Source: a virus
Length of the DNA stretch: 64,000 bases
Virus record (IMG/VR): IMGVR_UViG_3300013101_000005
Location: 1 to 64,000 of that record
Strand: one strand, 5' to 3'
Translations under genes and position numbers: made by a program
Shown: positions 7,343 through 18,407 of the stretch, in pieces
Layout: every line of letters begins with the position of its first letter
Numbering within the stretch: the stretch's first letter is position 1
Notes under the pieces: generated by a model
Database searches by the model: none
Told to the model about the DNA's origin: nothing
What the model saw: only the letters and a program-made list of their open reading frames with translations

Positions 7343-9871
7343 TTACTTCTCACATTCCTCTAATATTGCGGCTGTCGTTCCTGCCCAGTAAGCTATAACT
7401 GACAGATTGATGGTTTCCCCCATATGTTTAGTCAAGTAGTTGTTGTAGTCTTCTAAGATGAGTTGTAATTCTGTAACTGGTACTTCCTGTGCAGGCCATC
7501 CTCCACCACGAGCTATCGTATCTGCGTCTGCTATGCCCGTAGATCCCTTGGTTATCAAATACGGCATCGGCATAGTTCCGTTTACCCACACACACCAGAC
7601 GTAGGTGGTGTCCCTAGACCCGTCGTAGAACTTGGCGAAGGCCATTGGTGGGTTGTCTGTGCTTATTGTTACAGATTTGGGGACAATTTTGCCGAAATCC
7701 AGATTCCGTGATGGAGATTGGAGGTCCCTTCCTTTCGTCGTGAACTGGGCCGACCCGATGCCGATAGATGCGAGTGCCTCGCCTGTCGTTCCTGATGAGT
7801 CATGGGTTGCAAACCACTGGATGATCGGTGGATCAACTCTACTGTTGTCAAGCCATCCGGCAACTTCCATTATGGCCTCAACTAACTGGGATCGGCTGGC
7901 CGGGTATATATTTGAGAAATGGAAATCCTCAAGCATAACGCCGTCGTAATATCCGGCGGTGGCCTTAATGCGGCCAGCACTTCCGTTGACAACATTTAGG
8001 AAGTCGCTTCTCCCGGCAGCACGACGGCAGGCATCAGGCCACTCTCGTACAAACTTCAGATATAGTTCCCTCTCATCTGGGTCTTTGTCGTATGGAATTC
8101 CGTCCTCATCCATGTCGAGGGTGCCGAGATCCCCATCCACAGACCACGCCGGGTAGTCGTCGCCATTCAGATAGTCAGTTAAGAACCCGACATGGCTCTT
8201 TAGCCCATCTCGAACTTTTATGCGGTCTATGTAGAATGCCGCAAGGGTATCGGCTATTCCGGGTGCGGCTAGATTATACATCCAGATCGGCCTGTCGCCA
8301 TGGATTCCCATGGTATGATTTCCGTCAGTATCATACAACCAGAAATCGAGAACCCCGTCGTCGCCCTGATACCCGTCGCTGTTGTTTTCTCCGATGTTCC
8401 ATAGCTGCGTATACATAGTCCCGGCAGTTTCCCACTCCTCAAATACGCCATAGACAAACACGTAATTCAGAAAGATGAGATTCGGATTTCTTACCCGGAG
8501 GGAGTCCACTATCCCGTCCATGCCTGTGCGACTAGCGAGCATATAATAGTGCCCAGTAGTGTATACGTCTGTGAAGTTCCCGACTGAATCGTAGCCAGCT
8601 TCGGTCCATATCGGCGTATCATCGTTTACCCACGTTCCGTAGATCGGCATATCGAATTTCCACAGTGATGGGGGGATTACTTCCTGTGCAGGCCATCCTC
8701 CACCACGGCTCAGAGTATCTGCTCCGTCATAAGAGGTAATGAGGTAGGGCCAGATATAGTCTGTTGCTACTGCACGTACAACATATCTTTTTTGCCCATC
8801 ATCAAAGAAAGCAGATACGGTATCTCCTGACCATACAGGTTCGGAGGCTATCTTACCTAACGATAGTTTTCTATCAAGGTTTCTGAACTGGAAATTACAC
8901 ACTCCATTAGCTATACTTGCTAGTGCTTCTGAGGGGAACCCAATACTGTCATTCTCTCCACCTTGGAACATTAACAGCGGGGGGTTTACTCTTGATTTAT
9001 CAAAGCCATCAGTAGCTATTACAGCCTTTGCCCAATGGTTGGGCTTAGGGTAGTACAGATTCACTAATTCATACATTCCGCCATCCCACAAGTGAGCATA
9101 CTCTGCGTTATTTGCATAGTGTACATTACCATTAGGCATTAACAGGAAGGTAGGCTCGCTACTGAAAGCATTTCTAAATGCTTTGGCTATCTGGTAAGGG
9201 TATGCGGCATTTTGTTCCGCATCACCCGGATCTTCACTCGCAGGGATTCCATTTCTATTAAAATCAAGATCTCCTCTAGGAGTAGGGAATGGCCATTGGG
9301 GATAAGGCACAGTCATCCAATCCAAGAACATTCCTGAATGAGGTCGTACATGCCCCATATTATACATCCATTTAGCGTGTATTTTAGCAACTCCTTCAGC
9401 CAGCCCCGGTGCTCCACAGTTAAGGAACTGTACGGGGATTGTCGGGTCATTTGTTGCTGGTCCTACAACAATATCTCCATGATAATCTCTTAGCCACCAA
9501 TCGTTATCGTTAACCATATTGTAGAATTCAGTATAGAAACCGCCAGCATGTTCCCATCCCGGTCTTAATCCGTATACGAACGCATAAAACAGAGGGATGA
9601 AATCTGGGTTTCTTGTTCTTACTGAGTCAATAAGGCCAATGTGCTTATCATTAAGATATAATTCGTGACCAAAAATCATCATATCGAATTCTGCAATGTC
9701 ATCATAATCTTCTGAGGTATATCCATCTCCAAACTTATACCATATATTATCTCCATATATAGGTAGGTCTAATTGCAGAGGCTTTGTATCTGCATTCATA
9801 ACAACTCCAGCCATCAATCCAATAGCTACAATTGTACTGGCCACTATTGCAGGCCATTTCATTTTCTTCAT
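7343..9871 (-). CDS. Exported protein with two tandem putative glycoside-hydrolase TIM-barrel domains (GH114/GH168/GHL15-like)
   Basis: N-terminal signal; each half has DS(L/V)R.RNP..I.L.Y.FVYG, G.F..D, DxDxxG-type Ca loop, NG, DG...E, and ends RGGGWPAQEV. Confidence 0.65.
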   Translation of the reverse strand: MKKMKWPAIVASTIVAIGLMAGVVMNADTKPLQLDLPIYGDNIWYKFGDGYTSEDYDDIAEFDMMIFGHELYLNDKHIGLIDSVRTRNPDFIPLFYAFVYGLRPGWEHAGGFYTEFYNMVNDNDWWLRDYHGDIVVGPATNDPTIPVQFLNCGAPGLAEGVAKIHAKWMYNMGHVRPHSGMFLDWMTVPYPQWPFPTPRGDLDFNRNGIPASEDPGDAEQNAAYPYQIAKAFRNAFSSEPTFLLMPNGNVHYANNAEYAHLWDGGMYELVNLYYPKPNHWAKAVIATDGFDKSRVNPPLLMFQGGENDSIGFPSEALASIANGVCNFQFRNLDRKLSLGKIASEPVWSGDTVSAFFDDGQKRYVVRAVATDYIWPYLITSYDGADTLSRGGGWPAQEVIPPSLWKFDMPIYGTWVNDDTPIWTEAGYDSVGNFTDVYTTGHYYMLASRTGMDGIVDSLRVRNPNLIFLNYVFVYGVFEEWETAGTMYTQLWNIGENNSDGYQGDDGVLDFWLYDTDGNHTMGIHGDRPIWMYNLAAPGIADTLAAFYIDRIKVRDGLKSHVGFLTDYLNGDDYPAWSVDGDLGTLDMDEDGIPYDKDPDERELYLKFVREWPDACRRAAGRSDFLNVVNGSAGRIKATAGYYDGVMLEDFHFSNIYPASRSQLVEAIMEVAGWLDNSRVDPPIIQWFATHDSSGTTGEALASIGIGSAQFTTKGRDLQSPSRNLDFGKIVPKSVTISTDNPPMAFAKFYDGSRDTTYVWCVWVNGTMPMPYLITKGSTGIADADTIARGGGWPAQEVPVTELQLILEDYNNYLTKHMGETINLSVIAYWAGTTAAILEECEK
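7481..8707. repeat. Exact 30-bp direct repeat (7481-7510, 8678-8707) flanking domain 2 of the GH-like gene
   Basis: tacttcctgtgcaggccatcctccaccacg twice, 1197 bp apart (399 codons). Confidence 0.95.
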
Positions 9872-10200
9872 ATTTTTCTCCGTTTTTATAAGTTAAATAT
9901 TATTTTTTATTTCTATTGTAAAGAGCCCTCATGCCCATAAAGATCATACCACAAAGGATCAAGAACCAGACAATTGAATCAATCCTTGCACTCAATAGCC
10001 CGCCTCCTCCCGTAAGGAAGTCTATGATATCTTTCATAGTGGTGCTTCTACGGTTGGGACTATAACTCTATAGATAATAGTTTCTTTTGTGGTTGAGCAT
10101 CTCAGTATTTGAGATAAGAACAGTGCCATAAATACAAGTAGCCAGAAGTCCTTTTGGGTAATGATATCCCAGCAATCAATTAACAAATCTTTAATTTTGT

Positions 10201-10572
10201 TCATAAAGTATCCATTCTTGCTGGTGTGTATGGTGCGGAGAAGATAGAGAATGGTCCCTGAATGTCTTCATCATCTACTCCAGCTACTCTAAATCTGTAT
10301 GTTCTTCCTAGTGTCATATCAATAAACGTCCAGTTGTATTCTTTCAGTTTGTATTGTGGTTCTGTTAAACCATTAGTTTCTAGTTGTCCTACGTAATATG
10401 CAATATCTGTACCAACAGTTGGTTCGGACCATGTGTATCTAATTTTGATAATTTGGTCAAATGTATCTATGTGAACTGGGTCTTCTGTATAAGGCAGTTC
10501 TACAACATCAAAACATCCCAACAACCCTCCCATAAAGAAAGCCATCAGGACCAACTTGTGGGCTTTGATCAT
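10201..10572 (-). CDS. Lipoprotein with FN3-like domain
   Basis: Lipobox LLGC; YTWSEP..G....YY ... YRFRVAGVD....QGPFS. Confidence 0.75.
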   Translation of the reverse strand: MIKAHKLVLMAFFMGGLLGCFDVVELPYTEDPVHIDTFDQIIKIRYTWSEPTVGTDIAYYVGQLETNGLTEPQYKLKEYNWTFIDMTLGRTYRFRVAGVDDEDIQGPFSIFSAPYTPARMDTL

Positions 10573-10590
10573 CTAGGCTCCTTGATTTAA

Positions 10591-10980
10591 TTATTCTTCT
10601 TCTTTATCATCTAACTTTTTAAGTTTTTCCTCAAGGTCCCTATATTCTTTTTCGTCTTCCCTATAACCTTCCTTAGCCTCTGGAGTCATAAAATGTAGGA
10701 GTTCTGATAGGGAATCGGGGATTCTATTATAGTGGACAATGAATTTCTCTGTCCATCTATCCTCAGTAGTCCACATTCTTTCTTCTAGAAACAGCATTCT
10801 ACGTTTGATTTCTACTCTTTCAATTTCTTTTTTATTTGTCTGTATATCAGCAGACATGGTAGCTATGGCTTTATCTACAGTTTCAGCTTTAGCATAATAA
10901 CCGAATCCATTAGTCATAACCCCCCACACAGCCGCAACAGCTAGAATAAACCCAAGTATAGGCGTGGCCTTTTTAATCAT
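10591..10980 (-). CDS. Membrane-anchored coiled-coil protein
   Basis: N-terminal hydrophobic helix followed by charged heptads. Confidence 0.6.
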   Translation of the reverse strand: MIKKATPILGFILAVAAVWGVMTNGFGYYAKAETVDKAIATMSADIQTNKKEIERVEIKRRMLFLEERMWTTEDRWTEKFIVHYNRIPDSLSELLHFMTPEAKEGYREDEKEYRDLEEKLKKLDDKEEE

Positions 10981-10988
10981 AATAGTTC

Positions 10989-11940
10989 CTAATCTTCAAC
11001 TACAATAATGGTAACTTTCTTAAGTTCCGCTAAACACGGATCTTCAGATCCATCATAAGTGGGGACAACATTCCCACATCTATTTTCCTCTTCTATAAAG
11101 TCTGGGAATCCTTGACATGAAGTACACCAGTAGTTAGGTTGGATGTCCAAAATCTTATTTTTATTAACCAATTTAATAGCTTTATTTAACATAATCAATC
11201 CTCTTTCACAAAGAAAAAAAGTAACAACACAATTCCTACAAATAGGGTTCCAAATATAATTTCAGGAATCAATATGGAAGTTCCTCCCCTTCTTTTTTAT
11301 TTTCAGGTTTTTCTTTCATAATAACTTCTTCAACTAAGGCAAGGTTTATCATTCTAATAGTACCATTCTTTAGGGTAACTTTTGCCCAAGGCACTCTAGC
11401 CATTTGGCCATAGACTGTTTCTACAACAATAGATTCAGCATGGTATTCACTATCTTCTTCCCCTGCTATAATATAACCCAAGGAACACTCATTCCACCAC
11501 ACAGCCTCTAATTCAGTTCCATGTTCAAACATTTCAGTAAACATCTTAATCTACCTTTACTTCTAAGAAATCTTCATCAAAGATTTCATACTCAGGTAAT
11601 ACTGATCCTTCTTCTATTGCTTTAGGTTGAACCATGTAAGTAATTTGCCCATTCCCCCACTGTGTCCTTCCTACAATAATTCCGGTAAATTCCGTATAAG
11701 TTTCAAATACTTCATCCCCATTAAGGAATTTAAACATTAGGTATACCTCTTTCCTCCAGTTAATTCATTTATTTCCTTTTTCAGTCGTTCCACTTCTTCT
11801 GCTTGTTTATGTGCAAAATTCTGTGTGTATTCTAGATCTTTTTCTAAGCTGGCTATAATTTTCAGATATTTTATTTCTGACATAGTTACTTCTTTGGCAA
11901 TCATTTTCAATACTTCATCGTACATATATATCTTAGTCAT
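10989..11940 (-). other. Four small hypothetical ORFs
   Basis: 10989-11198, 11269-11544, 11546-11737, 11737-11940, closely spaced on the - strand. Confidence 0.65.
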
Positions 11941-11946
11941 ACTATA

Positions 11947-12528
11947 TTAACCCCATTGGTATGCCATAGCATCAGCTATGCCTGTGTACGTAGCACTTCT
12001 TTTTTTCCATCTATCTTTTGATGGTCCTAGTTTATTTTGTCTACTTGGAGTTTGGTTTTCCCAGTACCCGCATTTAGGCATTTCTAATATGTTGGTGGCT
12101 TTAAGTATTGGTAGGTTCTTAAGCCACAGGCACGTGCTTTTTGATTCTGGGTGTCCAAATTGCCAAGGTTGTATAATTTGATCCGATTTCCTGATTGCAG
12201 TTCCTATACGTCCTATAGGATTTTCAATCACTATCTTATTTATGGGTGCATCCATCAGGGCTTGTACAAATTGTACAGCTTCTGTGGTTTTTTCTTCTCT
12301 ACCGGGTATTCTTTTGTTCCAGTGTAATCCAGAACTTGATAAATATGTGCAAGGGGGGTGAGCGATCATCATGTCCCATTCTTCCTCCAAATGGTCAAAC
12401 ACATCACCAACAATATGTGGGCCATCCGACTCGCCGGGGAGAAGGTCACAAGATACAGCGTCATGCCCCCTTGCAATGAAAGCATCTCTAACAATTCCAG
12501 TATGTTCACATGCTATTAAAATTCTCAT
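11947..12528 (-). CDS. Short phage-type DNA cytosine methyltransferase-like protein
   Basis: ILIACEHTG, SCDL, AHPPCT (catalytic PC), IENP, QPWQFG, AMAYQWG. Confidence 0.8.
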   Translation of the reverse strand: MRILIACEHTGIVRDAFIARGHDAVSCDLLPGESDGPHIVGDVFDHLEEEWDMMIAHPPCTYLSSSGLHWNKRIPGREEKTTEAVQFVQALMDAPINKIVIENPIGRIGTAIRKSDQIIQPWQFGHPESKSTCLWLKNLPILKATNILEMPKCGYWENQTPSRQNKLGPSKDRWKKRSATYTGIADAMAYQWG

Positions 12529-14853
12529 TATACTTCTATGTCCTGAACATCATTTAAGAAGTCAAGGTCAACACCTTCATTTTCTAAGATTCTATACATA
12601 CCTTTTTGAAGTTCTATAGTGGTTTTATCTTTTTCATATTTTATATCATCTCTCACAAATGACATAATTTCCCAAAGGGCGTGAAACATGTTTTCAGATG
12701 CTTGAATCAAGGTTAGTTTTCTCTTATCACCTTCAGAGTCCATGTGGTAGATAACTTGCATTTTAAAACCTTTTCATTTTTTAAATTTTTCACGGCGAGC
12801 CGAGATACATCTTTATCAAGATGAAGAAGTATGAGCCGCTAGTTTTGGGGGCCAGCCTGTGCAACCAGCCCCCAAATCTATCTACACTAGTCTCTAGTCA
12901 GACGTTCAATACAATCAGGACAATTCACTGTCTCAAAAGTTGAACCAGTTTGGATGTCCTCATTAGCATTAATCCCACAAGGGATCTCACGGACACTGGT
13001 TAGTACCATCTGGCCATCTTCATAATAGCCATCAACCGTCTTTAAGTAATGCACTGTCTCAGGAATCTTGACGTTCTCCATTATTCTACCTCTTTAGTTT
13101 TGAGCCTTTGTAGCTCTTCCTCATGATAGGCAATCTTGCCTAGCCTTTCGGCCTCATCAATCTCTTCCTGCAAATCCCGTACCAAACTGCTAAGTTGTTT
13201 GTATACCTCTATCGCCCTTGTAGGTGTAAGAGCCCATAGACCATTTATGTGTAGAGATCCATCAGTCGCAGGGTCACCATTTCTGTCTAGAGCGTCTGCT
13301 TTTAAGATGAAGGATTTCAGTATTTTATTATTTAGTTCCATATTACTTCCTGCACATTAGATATTTCATCATTAATTTTGATCTTTCCTTCTCTGGTAGA
13401 TCATCTAAGTATTTTAGTAACATATCTTCAAATTTGTCATTAATCTTTTTTCGTGTTGATGCATTTAAAGTTATTCCGTTTAGGTAATCTTTTGCTAATT
13501 TTATAATATGTTTTTCAAAACGAGTATCTATAATGTTTGGAAGTTTCTCTTCAATTAAAGTATCTAGGTATTTTTTTATTTCAGCATACCCAATATTATT
13601 TGTTGCTATTCTACGCTCGTTATTACGCCAAGTCTTATGTATCTGTAACATTTGGTGTGCTAATGATTTAAAATACTTAGAAGCCTGTTCCTCAGTAATA
13701 AGATCCTTAAATATTTTTCTTTGACTTGATGTGAGTGTCTCCAACTTTTTCTTTCCAGACATTATCCATCTCCTTGATAGTTTCCACAACATTAAAAACC
13801 ATATGGACTATAGGATCATCAGGTCTTCCTTCTTTGTCCATAGCTATTTTAATATCACCCAACACATTAAATAACATATACCTCTGTTCAAGCAATAAAC
13901 CAATCTGCTGAACCTGTAAAGAATCCGCTATGATCAGTTCATTATTCCTGTCCTGCAAATTACGTACCACATTACCATATAAACTTTTTAAGTTCTCTAG
14001 ATTCTCAAGTCTTTCTTTAGTTGATTCTTCTGGTAAAGAACTATAAAGTTCCAATAAACTAGCTAATGTCTCCATCCTTGCCTCCCTTGATCGTTAATAA
14101 GACTACCTGCTCTTTTCCTTTACTATTACACACAGGGCATAATAGAGTTTCTATTATAGGCATTTTTGTCACTAAACCTATACAACAAATAGGGCAGTAC
14201 ACTCTTTGATATTCATCTTCTAAAGGAGTGAATATAAGTTGTGTCATTACTTTTCTTTTTCCTTTTTTCTCTTCTTTTCTCTTCTAGGTGGATCTATGAT
14301 CTCACTTATCATATCTCTAGCCTTTAAACTATCTTGTTCGTCTTCAAGAAGTTCTTTTACTTTTATTGCTTCCACTACATCATAGAAGGTGGATCTCCCT
14401 GCTAAAGGGAGCCATATAGTGTGCCCATCTTCTAGATATTGTATAGTAAGGGTTAAGTTACTATTTCTAACTACTCTGTATTGTATATACATTATTTCAC
14501 GCTCGTTTTATTGTTTTAGTTTTCTTTGCTTTCTTTGCTTTCTTTGTAATAGTTTTCTTTATAGTGCGTGTGATTGGCATGTCTGCTTCAAGGCTAAACA
14601 TTATTTTAAACATCTTCTTGTTTTTAGCATAAAGCCAACCGTTCTCGTCTACTATTACCCAAAACCCTTTTTTAATCTTGGCACCATTAACGAATAGTTC
14701 AACTTCATTATTGAAACAATTTAATCTCATGGTCCCTTCATCCCAATTTTTCTTGTAAGATCTTCCATGTTCCTGAAACATGCCCATGATCTCAAAATGG
14801 TTGTCTCCATCAAACTGTAACGCCTTACATAACCCGTTTCTACTGAAATTCAT
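12528..14853 (-). other. Run of small hypothetical ORFs
   Basis: 12528-12761, 12887-13081, 13081-13341, 13343-13762, 13707-14075, 14059-14247, 14247-14492, 14497-14853. Confidence 0.65.
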
Positions 14854-14855
14854 TA

Positions 14856-15503
14856 CTAAACTCCTCTGGTAAAGAATGCCGTAAGTATATTAGGCAATCC
14901 TTGGTTTCCTGTTCCACGAATAGTGTCCTCTATGTTATCATACTCAAGCATAACGTATCCCATACGTTTCATAAATTTAATCAGTCCTCTTCTTGTAAAG
15001 TGGTGGTAGTGTTCTTCTGGCCTTAAATGTTTCCACGTAGTAAACCACTCAAAAGAAGCGTCCTTTGGATAATGGGACCACGGCACAGAGATACAAATAT
15101 ACTTACAATCAAGTTCCCTAACAAATTCAAGATCTTCAAAATGTTCTAAAGAATCAAAGAATGTTATTAGGTCATAATGTTTTCCAAGTAGGTCCTCTGC
15201 CTTTGCAACACCAAAGGGCAATGGGTATCCACTTATGTCATACCCATACGGCTTCATCCCTTGTCTACGGCATGTTTCTAAAAAATCCCCATTACCGTAC
15301 CCAACATCAAGAACAGTTTTATAGTGTATGTCCATAAAATTTCTAATAAAGTGCAACCGTAGTAATGACATTGCTGTTGTCTGCCATCCGTAAGAATCAT
15401 AACGTTCTTTTACATATGTTTCATCATATACAAAAGGTTTTGGATTCACAAGATGTATAACCTCATCCTCACTTATTACATATTTATGCCCATTAACCTC
15501 CAT
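14856..15503 (-). CDS. Class I SAM-dependent methyltransferase (Methyltransf_23-like)
   Basis: VLDVGYGNG, YGYDIS, YDLITFFDSLEHF, ISVP, EHYHHF. Confidence 0.85.
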   Translation of the reverse strand: MEVNGHKYVISEDEVIHLVNPKPFVYDETYVKERYDSYGWQTTAMSLLRLHFIRNFMDIHYKTVLDVGYGNGDFLETCRRQGMKPYGYDISGYPLPFGVAKAEDLLGKHYDLITFFDSLEHFEDLEFVRELDCKYICISVPWSHYPKDASFEWFTTWKHLRPEEHYHHFTRRGLIKFMKRMGYVMLEYDNIEDTIRGTGNQGLPNILTAFFTRGV

Positions 15504-15736
15504 ACTACTCTCCTACAAAAGCGCAGACTTGCACTTTAATTTCATCTGGGTTATCTGTGTTTAAGAGTATATAATCAAAATTGCAACAGGTTGCTTTTAA
15601 ATTATTGCTTGTCATATATTGCACTTCTTCTATTTCTTTAAAGTCTAGTGTGGCACCACACATCATACACTCACCGTTTTTCATTACTTCTTTTGTTGTG
15701 TAAATTTTACTATTAATCAATCGCATTTTGTTCTCC

Positions 15737-16168
15737 TTAGAGAGACATTAATTTCTTCTTCATTAACTTCTTTAGTTCTTTATCTGTTAGTTCCTCTAAA
15801 ATAGTGTCTTTCATGTTTGCTATACGTTTCTTTGTTTTTTCTGGAAAGTATAGAGTATCATCAAAGATATAATCAAGGGTCTGAGTAACCCTATCCCGCA
15901 TCATATTTTTAATTTCTTTATCCTTAAGAAAATCTGTACTTGTAAAAACTTCTTTAAGTTTAGTAAGAACAATACCATCAAGTTCCTCTACAATAGCTTC
16001 ATCTTCATATATACTCTCTATTGCACCATCAACCATATCATTTATCATATGCTGTTTTAAGGGGAATTTAAATTTACCTATGGAGATATACAGATCATCT
16101 GGTTCTTTCTTTGCTTTCTTTCTTGCAATAACCTTTTTACATATCTTTTTGCTTACTTTTCTAGACAT
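15737..16168 (-). CDS. Hypothetical helical protein
   Basis: 143-aa ORF coupled to neighbours. Confidence 0.6.
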   Translation of the reverse strand: MSRKVSKKICKKVIARKKAKKEPDDLYISIGKFKFPLKQHMINDMVDGAIESIYEDEAIVEELDGIVLTKLKEVFTSTDFLKDKEIKNMMRDRVTQTLDYIFDDTLYFPEKTKKRIANMKDTILEELTDKELKKLMKKKLMSL

Positions 16169-17048
16169 TTTGTTCCTCCACGCCTAAGTACTCATTGTAC
16201 TGGTTACAGAAATAACTAACAGCGCAAAAATCTTCGCACCTAGTTCTTTTCCCCTTACGCTCCACTATCTTAAATTTATCCTTTGGGTGCTTGTCCCTGT
16301 AGTAAGCAAGAAGTATACCTGCTTCATGTTCATCGTCTGTTACTTTGGTCGCTCTTTTATTTTTTGCTTTCATAATTGCATATGTAGTTGGCTTCTCCCA
16401 TGTCTCTTCAGGAGTGCAGTATGGTAGTTTGTTGTCTGGTAAATTCTCAGAATTCTTATGTAATGCAATTCTTTTGAAAGCAAACTCTTCACATTGTAAA
16501 TCTGTCCACATAGCAATGTCTATTACCTGTGCTGGCCTTCTAGGGTAGTCCTTTGATTGCATCATCTTATATTTTGTCCAATCTCTGATGATTGCAACAA
16601 TACTTAATTTGTTTACAGGGAATCCAGCTAGTCTATATAAAAATGCTAACAGATTCAACTGTGCCTCCCATTCTGGTTTGCTATCTACCATAGTAGACCA
16701 AGCCCCCGTTACTTTGTAATCCATCAACTCACCGGGAGCCTGCCAAATATCTGCTTGACCTGACCATTCCCATTCATTTGTAGTTGTCTCTAACCTAATT
16801 TCCTGTAGATCATCTGAATGTTTGTCTTCTGCTCTCTCTAGAATTGCATGTACTGCACTTCCTAATAGAAGCCAAATCCTGTCCGTAACATCTTCTTCCA
16901 ATTCATCCCAATGTCGTTGAGTTAACCAACGCAACCTTGGAGGACTGATCATCTGTGTTACAGAGATCTTTCCTGTATAGGTGTAGGGATCCTGCTCTAT
17001 TGCTCTAACAAGAGCATTAGGCATACCAAAATTATTAGTTATTTTCAT
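16161..17048 (-). CDS. PD-(D/E)XK exonuclease (Cas4/RecB-like)
   Basis: GSAVHAILE, E.RL, SGQAD, DYKVT, QLN; C-terminal C..FC.V..FC cluster. Confidence 0.85.
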   Translation of the reverse strand: MKITNNFGMPNALVRAIEQDPYTYTGKISVTQMISPPRLRWLTQRHWDELEEDVTDRIWLLLGSAVHAILERAEDKHSDDLQEIRLETTTNEWEWSGQADIWQAPGELMDYKVTGAWSTMVDSKPEWEAQLNLLAFLYRLAGFPVNKLSIVAIIRDWTKYKMMQSKDYPRRPAQVIDIAMWTDLQCEEFAFKRIALHKNSENLPDNKLPYCTPEETWEKPTTYAIMKAKNKRATKVTDDEHEAGILLAYYRDKHPKDKFKIVERKGKRTRCEDFCAVSYFCNQYNEYLGVEEQNV

Positions 17049-17409
17049 TTGGATCTTCCCAGATTTCGTACATAGTTTGTATGTACTGTGAAATGAAACT
17101 TAATAAAGGAATTCCTGCCTTTTCTGCATGTGTCCTAAGATACTTCTTCTCTTTATCAGATAGTTGGTAATCAGACCAATCACTAGGTTCGGAAACTCCA
17201 CCAGCATCGTCTATTGCCTCCACAGACAAGAGCAAGGTACCCTCATATATAGTAACATACCTATTTTCTATAACAGTGGCTGATTCTACAATTTGTCCAA
17301 ACCTATCTGTCAGTTTAACAACATAACCTGTAGGTGGATTGCCTACTTCCGGTGGACTCCACATAAAGACCATAATAAGTAGGAATCCGGATAGTATAGT
17401 ATTCTTCAT
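17035..17409 (-). CDS. FN3-like protein with hydrophobic N-terminus and helical C-terminal tail
   Basis: WSPPEVG.PPTGY ... LSVEAIDDAGGVSEPS. Confidence 0.55.
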   Translation of the reverse strand: MKNTILSGFLLIMVFMWSPPEVGNPPTGYVVKLTDRFGQIVESATVIENRYVTIYEGTLLLSVEAIDDAGGVSEPSDWSDYQLSDKEKKYLRTHAEKAGIPLLSFISQYIQTMYEIWEDPNENN

Positions 17410-17814
17410 TCTACCCTCTTACTCTATATATTCTATTCTTGTTTTGGTCATTTTTCCTATTAGAAATAACACATCTTTTATGGTTTTAGCCTTTTGTGAC
17501 CAAATAGTTCCATCAAGATCAGTAGATAACGAAACATCAAAATCACTATTCATTTCATCATACTGAACTTGAATCATCTTCTTATACAGCTTCATTATGT
17601 TGTCTCCCACATTTTTTTAAAGCCCTTTGGAAATCCTGTTTTCTTTTCTTTTTTAGCTAGATCTGTTCCAATATCTACATATATAAACCCATCTGTATTG
17701 TTTGTACTAGTTACTGTGTAACTTACATCCCACTGGGCATTCCAACCACTTGCAGGCATAGGTATTCTATTAATTGGTACATTAGGAACAGAAGGCATTA
17801 TATTCTCCCTGTGC

Positions 17815-18005
17815 TTAAATGTGTTTCCACACCTTTCTATTAACTATATAACTTATATGTCCTCTGCTGACATGCATAAGTTGTGCCAATTCCTCCTGTA
17901 TATATTCTTTATTTAAATAAGCCTTTCTAATAAATAAAACATCGTCTTCGGTTAACTTAGCACATTTAAACGGTTTTTTATATTTTTATATTTTTTACAC
18001 TTCAT
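17815..18005 (-). pseudogene. HTH DNA-binding gene (HNH C-terminal-type) with a 1-nt frameshift
   Basis: ATG 18005 overlaps the upstream TGA; the frame encoding AKLTEDDVLFIR...ELAQLMHVSRGHISYIVNRKVWKH is reached only if the A5 in A6-TAT-A5-TAT-A6 were A6. Confidence 0.6.
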
Positions 18006-18174
18006 ATTAATTCTCTTGTTCCTGTATAAGTACACTCAGAGTTAAGACACTTTATACCTAATAAAACAGCCGTACCCTCTAGTACCCACATATTTTGTAC
18101 AGTAGTATAGGTTCCACAAACAGGACAGCATTGATTAGAAAATAATTCTGATGCTAATATAAATTTTGATTCCT

Positions 18175-18405
18175 TTATTTTTTCCTTCGGTTTTCCCATG
18201 CTACACTTGCTTTCTTTTTTACGGCAGATTCTGTTTTAGCCTCTACCATACCTGTTCTTGGATTAACTAAACACTTTTTGTTCTCACATCCTACATAACA
18301 ACAAAAGCCCAGATAACCTTTCATGGTCATAGCTCTGGGCTTTGCTTTACAAAAGGGACAAGGTGTTGCTCCTTTTAAGATGCTTTTGTCTTTATTAGTT
18401 TTCAT
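18175..18405 (-). CDS. Lar (restriction alleviation)-like Zn-finger protein
   Basis: PCPFC....V.C....C.......A...W..R pattern. Confidence 0.6.
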   Translation of the reverse strand: MKTNKDKSILKGATPCPFCKAKPRAMTMKGYLGFCCYVGCENKKCLVNPRTGMVEAKTESAVKKKASVAWENRRKK

Positions 18406-18407
18406 CC

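Noticed and set aside
7481-8707. Diversity-generating retroelement TR/VR pair
   Set aside because: The repeat is short and exact, with no adenine-specific mismatches, and no reverse transcriptase is present in the window.
10201-10980. i-spanin/o-spanin pair
   Set aside because: The TM coiled-coil plus lipoprotein order fits, but the lipoprotein is clearly an FN3 paralogue rather than a short Pro-rich o-spanin. Not excluded, but unsupported.
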